Origin: Octopus sinensis
Lineage: Eukaryota
Reading direction: 5' to 3'
Assembly (NCBI RefSeq): GCF_006345805.1
Contig: NC_043019.1
Coordinates: forward strand, 13,515,360-13,579,359
DNA: 64,000 nt
Both the position numbers and the translations under genes were made by a program. Below, piece after piece: positions 24,854 to 37,150 of the stretch. Under the pieces are notes generated by a model. It worked only from the letters and a program-made list of their open reading frames with translations, was not told the origin of the DNA and made no database searches. Position 1 is the stretch's first letter. Every line of letters begins with the position of its first letter.

Positions 24854-25233
24854 TGGAAGCACTCCGTCGGTTACGACGATGAGGGTTCCGGTTGATCCGA
24901 ATCAACAGAACAACCTGCTCATGAAATTAACGTGTAAGTGGCTGAGCACTCCACAGACACGTGCACCCTTAACGTAGTTCTCGGGGATATTCAGCGTGAC
25001 ACAAAGAGTGACAAGGCCGGCCCTTGAAATACAGGTACAACAGAAACAGGAAGTAAGAGTGAGAGAAAGTTGTGGGAAAAGAGTACAGCAGGGATCACCA
25101 CCATCCCTGCCAGAGCCTCGTGGAGCTTTAGGTGCTTCGCTCAATAAACACTCACAACGCCTGGTCTGGGAATCGAAACCGCGATCCTACGACCGCGAGT
25201 CCGCTGCCCTAACCACTGGGCCATTGCGCCTCC
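24854..25233 (-). mobile_element. SINE-C, tail type 1, with TSD
   Basis: 14-bp TSD acacagacacacaa (24840-53, 25234-47); tail ...gtaaccgacggagtgcttcca. Confidence 0.9.
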
Positions 25234-25318
25234 ACACAGACACACAAACATATACACACACATGCATATATATATATACGACGGGCTTCTTTCAGTTTCC
25301 GTCTACCAAATCCACTCA

Positions 25319-25519
25319 TCATCATTCATCATTGTTCGACCGTGGTCGAGACAATGGAATTTACCATGCTACGCCAGACTTCACGGTCCATCATGGCATT
25401 ACGGAGGTCCTGTTGCTGGATGCCTGTATCCCTGGAGATTACATCAGGGTAGGAGAGTGTGCGCCCTCTGGCATTACGAGTAGATGGCTTCCAAAGGAGA
25501 GCAGAAATTACCTCTTTTT
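25319..25519 (-). mobile_element. 5'-truncated RTE-clade LINE 3' end inserted in a SINE-A
   Basis: Encodes EKEVISALLWKPSTRNARGRTLSYPDVISRDTGIQQQDLRNAMMDREVWRSMV (RTE C-terminal LLW...D...M.DR..WR pattern), with a (GAT)n tail and a 6-bp TSD cactca (25313-18, 25520-25). Confidence 0.85.
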
Positions 25520-25655
25520 CACTCACAAGGCTTTGGTCGGCCCAAGGCTATAGTGGAAGACACTTGCCCAAGATACCACGCAGTGGGACTGAACCCGGAA
25601 CCGTGTGGTTGGTAAGCAAGCTACTTACCACACAACCACTATATATATATACATA

Positions 25656-25697
<42 letters not shown>

Positions 25698-25944
25698 TGA
25701 TGATGTGTGTGTGAAGCTAAATGTAAAAACAAAAAAAGAAAGAAAATAGGAAAACAATTACATTTCTCCACATTAAATTATAATTAATTTACTCTTCTGT
25801 TCTGAAATTGAATTTGATGTTTTAGTAATTTTATTACTGCGACATTCAAGCAACAACAACAAAAGCAGCAAACACTATAACCGATAACTGGAGAGAAATA
25901 AGTCAGTCGCACACCTTACTATAATTGTTGTTGTTGTAGTAGCA

Positions 25945-26023
25945 ATAGTCTATTCTCTTTCTCTCTCTATCTATCTATCTCTGTCTCTCTCTCTCTATCT
26001 ATCTATCTCTCTCTATCTGTCTA

Positions 26024-26054
<31 letters not shown>

Positions 26055-26068
26055 TCTCTCTCTATCTG

Positions 26069-26129
<61 letters not shown>

Positions 26130-26175
26130 CTCTATCTCTCTATCTATCTATCTATCTATCTCTGTCTCTCTCGCT
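25945..26175. repeat. (CT)n/(CTAT)n microsatellite
   Basis: Direct reading. Confidence 0.95.
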
Positions 26176-26627
26176 TTTGTTCTTTGTTTTCTTAAGCGAT
26201 TACATTTGTTTTCAAATTTCCATTTAGTGTAGATGTTTAATATACTTCATCATCTTCTGCGGCTGTTGTTGTTGTTGTTGCTGTTGTTGTTGTTGTTGCT
26301 GTTGTTAATGTGGTTATTTTGATTAATGCAATTGTTGTTGTTGTTGTTAATGATGTGGTAGAGGTGGCAGCTTGGGGAGGTGGTGCTACAGCCAAAGGTG
26401 ATGAGGCTAGCAGTAGTAGTGGTGGTGGTGGTGGTGGTGGTGGTGGACGGTGGTGGTGGTGACTACAGCAGGTGGTAGTGGTAGGAACGGGTGGTGGTGG
26501 TGGTGGCGGCAACAATGGTGAAGGCGATGATGGCCTCTATTTAACTTTATCATTAAATTTATATATTTTCTCACTTTCTTTACAAGTAAAATTTACATAT
26601 ATATGTATATATATATAAATATATATG

Positions 26628-26661
<34 letters not shown>

Positions 26662-26709
26662 TATGTATATATACATATATATGTATATATACATAAATCG
26701 ATCAATGGA

Positions 26710-27184
26710 AATTGCGGATGTGCTACCAGTGCCGGTGGCATGTCGAAACTCTGCTTGTGAAGACCCATTGAGGCAAGTGAGGATCAGAATCGAAATCGAT
26801 CAATGGAAATCGATCAATGGAAATTGCAGATGTGTTACCAGTGCCAGTGGCATGTAAGAGAACTTTCCGTTTCGCGACCGTTGCCAGCACCGCCCCGTTT
26901 CGTGTGTCCGTTGCCAGCTCGCCTTGCCCTCGTGCCGGTGGCACATAAAAAGCACCATCCGTTCGTGGCCGTTTGCCAGCTCTGTCTGGCACCAGTGCGG
27001 GTGGCACGTAAAAAGCACCCACTACACTCACGGAGTGGTTGGCGTTAGGAAGGGCATCCAGCCGTAGAAACACTGCCAGATTTGACTGGGCCTGATGAAG
27101 CCTTCTGGCTTCACAGACCCCAGTAGAACCGTCCAACCCATGCTAGCATGGAAAACGGACACTAAATGATGATGATGATGATGA
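26710..27184 (+). mobile_element. Family D retroposon (variable ~60-bp gtgccggtggcacgtaaaaagcacc subrepeats, (GAT)n tail)
   Basis: Ends ...ggttggcgttaggaagggcatccagccgtagaaac...ccaacccatgctagcatggaaaacggacactaaa(tga)n. About 16 copies or stubs occur in the window. Confidence 0.85.
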
Positions 27185-27209
27185 TTATATATTATAAATA
27201 TATATGTAC

Positions 27210-27242
<33 letters not shown>

Positions 27243-27375
27243 TATGTATATATACATAATATATTATATATATACATACATATATATACACCACACACAC
27301 ACTATATATGTATATAATATATATAATATATACATATATATATATATACATATATACATATATAATATATACATA

Positions 27376-27441
<66 letters not shown>

Positions 27442-27770
27442 TATGTATATTATATACTACTTATGTATATATGTATAGCTGTAATAATGCTGTCAAATCA
27501 AATAGTGATATCTTGAAATCATTTCATATTTGCGTTTCAGATATATATGCAATGGATGCATTTCCTATTGTGTATTATGCAAACCTGACCCCGTTCATAT
27601 TTAAATGATTTCAACAACTTAGTATTGGGTTTCACTTCATTATTACAACTAATGCAACTTGGTGCCAGTACAAACTAATCTATCCAGACTCCACTTGTGC
27701 CGTCAGTCTAACAAGGATTTAAACTCATATGTTATATTTCAGTCAAAAGCCCTCGTATCATACGACCACT

Positions 27771-28179
27771 CTCTTTACTCTTTTTACGCTTTTACTTGTT
27801 TCAGTCATTTGACTGCGGCCATGCTGGAGCACTGCCTTTTAGTCGAGCAAATCGACCCCCAAGACTTATTCTTTTTGTAAGCCCAGTACTTATTCTATCG
27901 GTCTCTTTTTGCCGAACCACTAAGTGACGGGGACGTAAACACACCAGCATCGGTTGTCAAGCAATGCTAGGGGGACAAACAAAGACACACATACATATAT
28001 ATATAAACATATATACGACGGGCTTCTTTCAGTTTCCGTCTACCAAATCTACTCACAAGGCATTGGTCGGTCCAGGGCTATAGCAGAAGACACTTGCCCA
28101 AGATGCCATGCAGTGGGACTGAACCCGGAACCATGTGGTTGGTTAGCAAGCTACTTACCACACAGCCACTCCTGTGCCT
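27771..28179 (-). mobile_element. SINE-A, full length
   Basis: Reverse-complement copy. Confidence 0.9.
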
Positions 28180-28240
28180 TACTCTTTTAGCCAGTGTAAC
28201 ATAATATATATTTTAATGAGTTGTGTCTGTTTATCACCCA

Positions 28241-28592
28241 GTTGTGTGGTAAGTTGCTTGCTTACCAACCACATGGTTCCGGGTTCAGTCCCACTGCATG
28301 GCACCTTGGGCAAGTGTCTTCTGCTATAGCCTAGGGCCGACCAAAGCCTTGTGAGTGGATTTGGTAGACGGAAACTGAAAGAAGCCCATCGTATATATAT
28401 GTATATGTATATATGTATGTGTGTGTATATGTTTGTGTGTCTGTGTTTACGTCCCCGTAACTTAGCGGTTCGGCAAAAGAGACCGATAGAATAAGTACTA
28501 GGCTTACAAAGAATAAGTCCTGGGGTCGATTTGCTCGACTAAAGGTGGTGCTCCAGCATGGCCACAGTCAAACAACTGAAACAAGTAAAAGA
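28241..28592 (+). mobile_element. SINE-A, near full length, head-to-head with the previous copy
   Basis: Same family, opposite strand, about 60 bp away. Confidence 0.9.
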
Positions 28593-28743
28593 GGTAAAGA
28601 GGATAAAACACATCTGCACCGCTGGATGCCCCTGAACCAGTTGTTAAGTGTCCCACTTGTGAGGGATCGATGGTAGATGTGTCAAAACAATTGTCGGATT
28701 AATAATATATTCTCATATATTCCATCTTCCGTCTTTCATTTAC

Positions 28744-28770
<27 letters not shown>

Positions 28771-28776
<6 letters not shown>

Positions 28777-29005
28777 GAGTGTATTTTTCCCTTGTTAACA
28801 ATTAACACGGAAAAATAGATAAATAGTTACCAGAGTAGCAAAAAATCACACAAGTAAAGAGGTTGTAACTCCTTGTTTTTAAAGGTAGAAACTTCGGCTT
28901 TACGTGGAAATTTTTTGTATAATATATGAATAAATAAATGGAGTTTAACGCAGGTATAATTCAAATACTTTTACTTCCGACACATGTTTCGAAGATATCA
29001 CTGAT
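28771..29005 (-). mobile_element. Hammerhead-bearing repeat (family 2), right part, inverted
   Basis: On the minus strand it reads atcagtgatatcttcgaaacatgtgtcggaagtaaaag...aacaagggaaaaatacactcatctat. It holds only the 3' half of the ribozyme. Confidence 0.6.
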
Positions 29006-29369
29006 ATATATATATATGTGTGTGGCATCCTATACAGGACAGTGTTACTGATGTTTATAGCCCCAGGAAGACATCTACCTAAATTCAGATATCTTTCTAT
29101 GCCCAAATAGTATATCTCACACCTGCTGTTTTGTTCTGTGTTCACCTGTATCTCCAAACACCTTTTCTTCCATGGTGTATTGGCATTCTTCATCTGTATT
29201 TGGTACACCTTAGTCTTCGGATAATTTAAGTTGATATAGATTCTGCCAAACACTCCAAACACTTCATTTGTTTAATAAGCTCCTGCTGAGTGAAACATAT
29301 GGCCATGTATAAACAATCAATTTAATGTGTATATATACTTATGTGTTTGTATATATACTTATTTGTACG

Positions 29370-29404
<35 letters not shown>

Positions 29405-29834
29405 ACACATAGTACTGTTTTTAAATTTGTAGGATTATCTACATTGTCTTTTAATGTGCACCTTCCCAGGTTTCATGTGTATGTATGTATATATATATAT
29501 ATATACACACACATACACACACACATACAAATATATATATATATACACATACACACGCATAAATATATCTGTACGTAGTTATTTGTACATGTGAATGAAT
29601 ACACATTGTGTAGCAAATAATGTAATTTGAATATAGGAATCGATTAAACCGTTCAACAGGGAAGAATCTACAAACCTCTTGCTACTAGAAAGATGCCTGA
29701 TTTAATTAATACTGTTTATGTGGAGAAATTCAATTAAAGTTGTTTATGTAAAATATTACACCCTTATTTTATATACATCCCCATGTGCTAACATGCTATC
29801 TTAAAGGTAACGGTGTAGTAAATTTATTAGATAT

Positions 29835-30240
29835 TTTGTTTGACAAATGATTTATTTATACAGTGTTTTTGTTACTGATGAATTAGTTATGTTTTGTTTG
29901 ACTTATGAGTTAGTTATTTCACAATTTGTGTGACTGATGACTAAGTTATAAGGTGTTTTGCTTGACTGATGACTTGGAAAATGTTTATTTGCTTTGTGAC
30001 TTAGTTATGTTTTGTATGACTGGTGACATAGTTTTAAGGTATCTTTTGACTAATGACAAATTTCCGTGATGTGTTGTTTGACTAACGACTGTTACAAAAT
30101 CCTTCACTGATGATTGATTATAGAGAATTTGTTCAACTGATGACTAATCTCAAAGTCTCTCTGTTTGACTAATGACGTGTTGTTTGACTAATGACTTAGT
30201 AATTGAATGGAATATTAGTTTTGTGACTAACTTAATTATG
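29835..30240 (+). repeat. Degenerate ~30-bp tandem array with core TGACT(A/G)ATGAC
   Basis: About 13-14 cores spaced mostly 28-33 bp with divergent spacers. Confidence 0.75.
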
Positions 30241-30641
30241 TTTCCTTTGACACAAGATATCAAATATCACAAATTAAAAATCCATGCTTTTAATTAAACC
30301 TGAGGCAAGGTAGTTGACTCAACTCACTTAAAGTTAAACCTAGGGGCCACTTTCCCCTATTTCACACCCAGTCATACAGACGAAATCGTCTTTTAAATGT
30401 CATTTACTGCTTCGTTAAGACAACAATTTAATTACGCACACCATTCTCAGTCTTGCCACTAATTACACTTTAGATTCGCCTTTAAAATCTTATTAAATTA
30501 CCAATTACTTTGTATGTCAATCATTCATATATATTTCTCATTGTTGTTGTTATATTAAATCATATAATTATTCTACATTTATGAAATTAGCCATTAGGAA
30601 AAAAAAAGATTAATAAAACTGATCGTGTGTGTGTATGTGTG

Positions 30642-30980
30642 TCATCATCATCGTTTAACGTCTGCTTTCCATGCTAGCATGGGTTGGACGATTTGACTGA
30701 GGTCTGGCAAACCAGATGGCTGCACCAGACTCCAATCTGATCTGGTGGAGTTTCTACAGCTGGATGCCCTTCCTAACACCAACCATTCCAAGAGTGTAGT
30801 GGGTGCTTTTACGTGCCACCGGCACGAGGGCCAGTCAGGCGGTACTGGTAACAGCCATGCTCAAATGGTGCTTTTTATGTGCCACCTGTACAGGAGCCAG
30901 TCCAGCGGCACTGGCAACGACCTCACTCGAATGTTTTTTTCACGTGCCACCAGCACAAGTGCTAGTAAGGCGACGCTGAT
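30642..30980 (-). mobile_element. Family D
   Basis: Reverse-complement copy. Confidence 0.85.
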
Positions 30981-31239
30981 ATAAATGTGTATGTATGTGT
31001 ATATGTGTGTGTCTGTGAGGATGCGTGGCCTTGTGGTTAGGGTGTTGCACTCATGATCACAAGATCCTCGTTTCAATTCTAAATTCCTTGACCATGTGCC
31101 ACCATATTTCATAGCATATAAGACCCTTTTTTCCCAAAAAAAACAATAATTCAAAAGCTTTGTTTTGGTTTTTTGAGGGTTTTTTTTTTATTTTGAGTTT
31201 TTTTTATATTCAATGAATTCCATATCATTTACTGTCACC

Positions 31240-31930
31240 ACCACCACCACCCTACCACCACCATTGTTACTAACATGACCACCACCATCAACACCACCAC
31301 CACCACCACCTTCACCGTCAACACCACTGCTGCCATCAACTCCACCACCACCATCTACACTATCACCACCACCATCAGCACTACCATCACCACTACCACC
31401 ACCATCACCACTACCACCACCATCACCACTACCGTCACCATCACCATGACCACCACCACCACCTCCACCATCATGACCACCACCACCTTCACCGTCAACA
31501 CCACCTTCACTGCCATCATCATTCCAAGTTTGTAACTTCTCAAACTTATTCTAATCACTTTTTTTTTAAACTTTCAAAATTTTCTCTGATGTTGTTGCTG
31601 TTGTTGTTGTTGTTGTGATTTTTCTTTTTGTTTATTTATCCAGTTTGATTTATATTCAAAACATCTTCCTTCCTCATTACAAATCCACATATTTTTTTTC
31701 ATTATTTTTTACCATTATTTCTGTCTCCCTCTCCCTCTCTCTCTCTTTCTTGCTCTCCCTCTCCCTCTCTCTCTTTCTTGCTCTCCCTCTTTCTTGCTCT
31801 CCCTCTCTCTCTCTTTCTTGCTCTCCCTCTTTCTTGCTCTCCCTCTCTCTCTTTCTTGCTCTCCCTCTCTCTCTCTTTCTTGCTCTCCCTCTTTCTTTCT
31901 CTCCCCTTTTCTCTCTTTCTCTCCTTCATT
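31240..31930. repeat. (ACC)n block (31240-31520) and CT-rich repeat (31720-31930)
   Basis: Direct reading. Confidence 0.9.
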
Positions 31931-32712
31931 CTTCATTGCTCTCTTCTTTTTCCTCTTCTGAGTCTTTTACATTTTGTTGTTGTAGAAGATTGTAAAAAAA
32001 ACCCACAAATAACGACAACAACAACAACAACTATAATAATGATGATAATAATAATAATAACAATAATAACAACAACAACAATAATGATAATAATAAAAGC
32101 AATGATGATGATGATGATGATGATGATGAAGAAGGTTACACACTTTCTCAGAATTCAAACTTATCTTGTCGAAACAGAAAATATGTTGGCTTGAAAATAC
32201 CAGTGTGGTTTTGGTTTTGCTTTGAAAAAATTTTTACACAAGTTTCAAATGTATTTCTTGAATATAAAAAAAATAAAATAAAATAAAATAATAATAATAA
32301 TAAGAAGAAGAAGAAGAAATAATAAATAAATAAAAACAGAAAGATAGTTACGAAAAAGGAAAAGAGAGAAGGAGAGAGAAAGCAAGGTTTAATAAAAATC
32401 CTGAAAGTCAATTTTTATTTTATTTTATTTTATTTTATTTTATTTTATTTTTAAATTAAAAAAAAAACTTAGGACAACATCAGGTTTTGTTTTTATATGT
32501 AATTTTTTTCTTTATGCTTTTTGTTTGTTTTTTTTCCTTTTTAGTTTTTTTCTTTTTTTTTTTGCTGTTGTGTTTTTTTAATCTTTCCAAAAAGTTAGTG
32601 AAGGAATAGTTTTGATTCATTTGCCCGTTCCTTGTTTTAGTTTTGTCTTTGATTTTTACTTTTATTTATTTGTTATTTATATATTTATTCATTTATTTAC
32701 TCTCTCTCTCCT

Positions 32713-32760
<48 letters not shown>

Positions 32761-33277
32761 AGGACACAACGCACTTTGAAATACATTCCTGCAAAAGCTG
32801 GAATCACATAACACTTTGAAATGTTTCCGGGTGCAATGTCTATATCTATCTTCTTGTTTTGGTTTATCTTCAACACCGGAACACGTTCCACCACCCACAC
32901 ACCCACCCCCATGCCACCACCCAGCATATGTGCTCATAAGTTGGAAATTCTTCTGGATTTGGCTTACAATATTTTTCTCACCCCAATCTAATGTATTCAT
33001 TGCCTCCATTTTTTGATACAAAATTTTAATCTACCTTCTGCCCCTCATCTCTTAGCATGAATTTGCCTTCACCACCCCCAGGTTCATAGTCTTGCACACT
33101 ACATGACGGCCTCGCTAGTGTTATAAAGTGTGTTTGGTGTTAGGAATGGCATCTAGCTGTAGGCATCACGCCAAACCACATACCAGAATATGGTGCTGTC
33201 CTTGGGCCCATCAGATTTTGTTGAACTAGCCAACTTGTACCAAAATTATTATCTATTATTATTATTATTATTATTAT

Positions 33278-33837
33278 TGAGTGAGAGAGCAGTTCATGCC
33301 ATCAAAGTGACACTGGGGTAAAATATACGAAGCCCAATATACCCATCATGACTACCCGTCTGATAAGGGTACACCAGGCACATGCATCACAACCATATGT
33401 GCGCGACATGGTGATCTCATATCAAGGTAAACAGCACATGACCTTGCAGGTGGGGCCCAGTTAGAATTTTCTTCAGGTCGAATAGCCCATTCCACTCAAA
33501 AGGTCCCTGAATAAGGGTTGTTTAAGGATGTTGAAAGAACCACCCATGTTTCCAGAGGTGAATTATTCAAACCCCAAAGAATCCCTCTCAACACATGGCT
33601 ATGATGCTCCCCCACTACTTCTGCTCGTGATCAGAGATGCACATATCGTCAGCCACTAAGGGACATGCTCAAGTGGTTAAGGTCAAACAATCGACAAGCA
33701 AATCTGTGGTATTGAGTAGAATATTTGCTGTAGCCCATCTTTTATACCAAGACAAAACAATGTACATGATGACACTTCCAATCAGTTAAGATCAGAAGCC
33801 ATGAGAGCCACTGCCTGGTACTGCATCAGGGCATTTA
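33278..33837 (-). mobile_element. Family F, ~560-bp retroposon-like element with (AAT)n tail and no obvious tRNA head
   Basis: Colinear with 61579-62128 (plus) and the 3' stub at 55437-55563. Confidence 0.85.
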
Positions 33838-35120
33838 TTATTATTATTATTATTATTATTAATATTATTATTGTTATTATTATTAAACTCTGCTTGCAAA
33901 GACCTGTTGAGGCAAGTGAAATCGAAATTAAATTCGATGTCTGGCATCCGTGCTAGTGGAGTGCTAAGAGCACCATCCAAGCGTGATCGTTGCCAGAGCA
34001 GCTAACTGACACGCAATGGGACTGAACCCAAAACCATATGGTTGGGAAGCAAGCTTCTTACCACACAGCCACACGCATGCACCTATAGTTCCAAAAAAAA
34101 AAAAAAAAAGTATCGAAAGTGTTTATAAACATAAAATTTTGATAAATATTTCTTCTCCAATGGATATCTAATCTTGTCTCTGAATGACCTACTGACCTAC
34201 GGCCAATTTGTTTGTTCTCAAACTACATCTAGTTTTGACACCAGGCTGATCTACTAACCCTGTTCCTGTATTGTTATCTGAGAGTGTCAGGTGTGAACAT
34301 ATTTTTACTTTATATCTTACCTTCCATGAACAATAGCTGTTTGTTTATATGTCTGTCTGTCTGTGTGTCTATCAGTGGCTGTAGATTTCTTATGAACTAA
34401 TCAGCTGGTTCTTTTGTGTTTGCCTGCTAAGAATAACAAAAGAGATGGACAAAATACCACCAGGTACTTTTTGTTGTTGTTGTTGTTGTCGTTGTTCAGA
34501 AGTACTGGTTTATTAGTTTATGTACAGATGTATCTATTCCACTGGACGGCACCTTAAGCAAGTATCTTCATTTATAGAATTTCATAGGTAGAATCGTTGA
34601 TAGAATTGTCAGGTTGTTGGAAAATGTTTCCTCTGGCTCTTAAGTTCCGAGATCAAATCCTGCCAAGATTAAATTTTACATTATCATCCCGCAAAGGTTG
34701 ATAAAATAAAGTACCAGTCAAGTACTGGGGCTAATGTTATCAACTATGCCCCACCCCCACACACACACACAAACCCAAAAATGAAAATGCAGGCCTTGTA
34801 CATACCTAGAAAGGATTATTATTATTCCTTACAAAAGAATTTAGTAGACAGATACTGAGTCTGTAGAAATCCATTGTGTGTGTGTGTGTGTGTGTGTGTC
34901 ACTCACTGCTTGACAATCAGCCCCATTTCATTTACGCCCTTATTAATTAGCAGTTCTAAGAAAGAAACCAATAGGATAACCACCAGTCTTGAAATAAGCA
35001 CTGGCGCTCCAGTATGGTCGCTTACTTATGACAGGAACAAATGGAAGAGTATCTTCGATGCTTTTCAGAACATATCATCATCATCGTCGTCGTATTTATC
35101 CTACCTTTTGTGAACAGTCA

Positions 35121-35438
35121 GCATTGCCGGTGGCACGTAAAAAGCACCATCCGATCGTGTCCGTTGCCAGCCTCGCCTGGCCCCCGTGCCAGTGGCATGT
35201 AAAAAGCACCATCCAATCGTGGCCGTTTGCCAGCCTCGTCTGGCACCTGTGCTGGTGGCACGTAAAAAGCACTCACTACACTCTCGGAGTGGTTGGCGTT
35301 AGGAAGGGCATCCAGCCGTAGAAACATTGCCAGATCAGACTGGGCCTGGTGCAGCCTTCTGGCTTCCCAGACCCCAGTTGAACCATCCAACCCATGCTAG
35401 CATCGAAAGCGGACGCTAAATGATGATGATGATGATGA
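35121..35438 (+). mobile_element. Family D
   Basis: Three subrepeats plus the 3' motif. Confidence 0.85.
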
Positions 35439-36589
35439 AGCTGAGATGATTCGAAAACGCAACACCTAATAAGCTAACAGCATATCTTAGGTCGGCCCAA
35501 GGCTACAGTAGAAGACTCTTGCCCAAGGTGCCACCTAGCCACTCCTAATAACTTTGATATTTCTTTTGGCATTTCCTTTCGGGGTCGATAAAATAAGTAC
35601 CAGTTGAACACAGGGGTCGATATAATTGACAAATCCCCACTTCCAGCATGTGGTAAAAATTTGAATAATTTGTCTCAGTTGAGGGGTTTATTTATAACAA
35701 TCAGGCTCCTACATTAAGGGCACCGTCACAGTTTGACCAAGAAGACATGCGTTTGGTTTGTCTCGTAATTAGATTTAAATGTGTGCAATTCTTGCACACA
35801 TTCATCACTATACTGGTTCCCCAGTGACATTATCTCACCATGGAAACAGTGGGGCGGAAATGTAGGGATGAGGTCAGGGGAAATAGGCAAGGCCTGCTAT
35901 TCTGTTTTTTTCTTTTCTTTTTTTTTTTTTTTGATGACATCTTTCTGAATTCTTCACACCTTTTGACCTTGTCTCCTTAACTTTCTTGGAAATCTCATTT
36001 GTTCCGCCTTGTTGCCTTGTTTCATTTCGCTGGCTCCCTACTCAATCATAGAACACAGGAAAAAACTTGTAACAATTCTTTCAGCCATTCTAGACACCCA
36101 TTTTTTGTTTTTGTTATTTTTTATTATCCCCCACCACCACCATGACCATCACCACCACCAGCCACCATTCCTTGCTTTCTTCTATTATCAAGTTGGAAAT
36201 CTGATAAGCTTGATGTAGCTTTCATCTATTGTCATCAAAGCAGTGAGCTGGAAGAATTATTCGAAGTATCAAAGGAAACACTTAGTGCCGTTTTCTTCTG
36301 GCTCTTTGCATTCTAAGTTCAATTTCCACCGAGGTCGACTCTACCTTTCATCCATTCAGGGTCCATAAAATAAAATACCAGTTGAGCACTGAAGTTAATG
36401 TAATCAACCAAATCCCACCCTGGGCCAAAATTATTACCATTACGTATTTTATTAACATTCGGCAGAAACAGCAAAGTCACTCAAGGGCCAAAAGTTTCGT
36501 GCGTTAGTGCTTTGCTTATCAGACTAACACACAAACCCCTCAGCCCTTGAGTCACTCCGTTTTTTGGGGGGTTTTTTCGGCTCTAAGCA

Positions 36590-37150
36590 CAAGACCTGAA
36601 ATTTTGGGGGAGGTGGGGCCAGTCGATTAGATCGACCCCAGTACACAACTGATACTTAATTTATCAACCCCGAAAGGATGAAAGGCAAAGGCGGAATTTG
36701 AACTCAGGACATAGCAACAGACGAAATACCTATTTCTTTACTACCCTACAAGGGGCTAAACACAGGGGGGACAAACAAGGACAGACAAACAGATTAAGTC
36801 GATTATATCGACCCCAGTGCATAACAGGTACTTATTTAATCGACCTCGAAAGGATGAAAGGCAAAGTTGACCTCAGCGGAATTTGAACTCAGAACATAAA
36901 GACAGACAAAATACCTATTTCTTTAGTGCCCACAAGGGGCTACACACAGGGGGGACAAACAAGGACAGACAAACAGATTAAGTCGATTATATCGACCCCA
37001 GTGCATAACAGGTACTTACTTATTTAATCGACCCTGAAAGGATGAAAGGCAAAGTCGACCTCAGCGGAATTTGAACTCAGAACGTAGCGGCAGACGAAAT
37101 ACCACTAAGCATTTCACCCGGCGTGCTAACGACTCTACCAGCTTGCCACC
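36590..37150 (-). mobile_element. SINE-B head-to-tail trimer
   Basis: One full head at about 37150, then two further units that restart at ggtatt(t)...gtctg directly after the aaagaaata tail. Confidence 0.85.

Larger units (their letters stand above)
24655..25640 (-). mobile_element. SINE-A interrupted by a SINE-C and an RTE fragment
   Basis: SINE-A sequence resumes after each TSD-flanked insert. Confidence 0.85.

Noticed and set aside
35778-35802. Perfect 11-bp hairpin aatgtgtgcaa-ttc-ttgcacacatt
   Set aside because: Too short for a pre-miRNA and with no supporting context.
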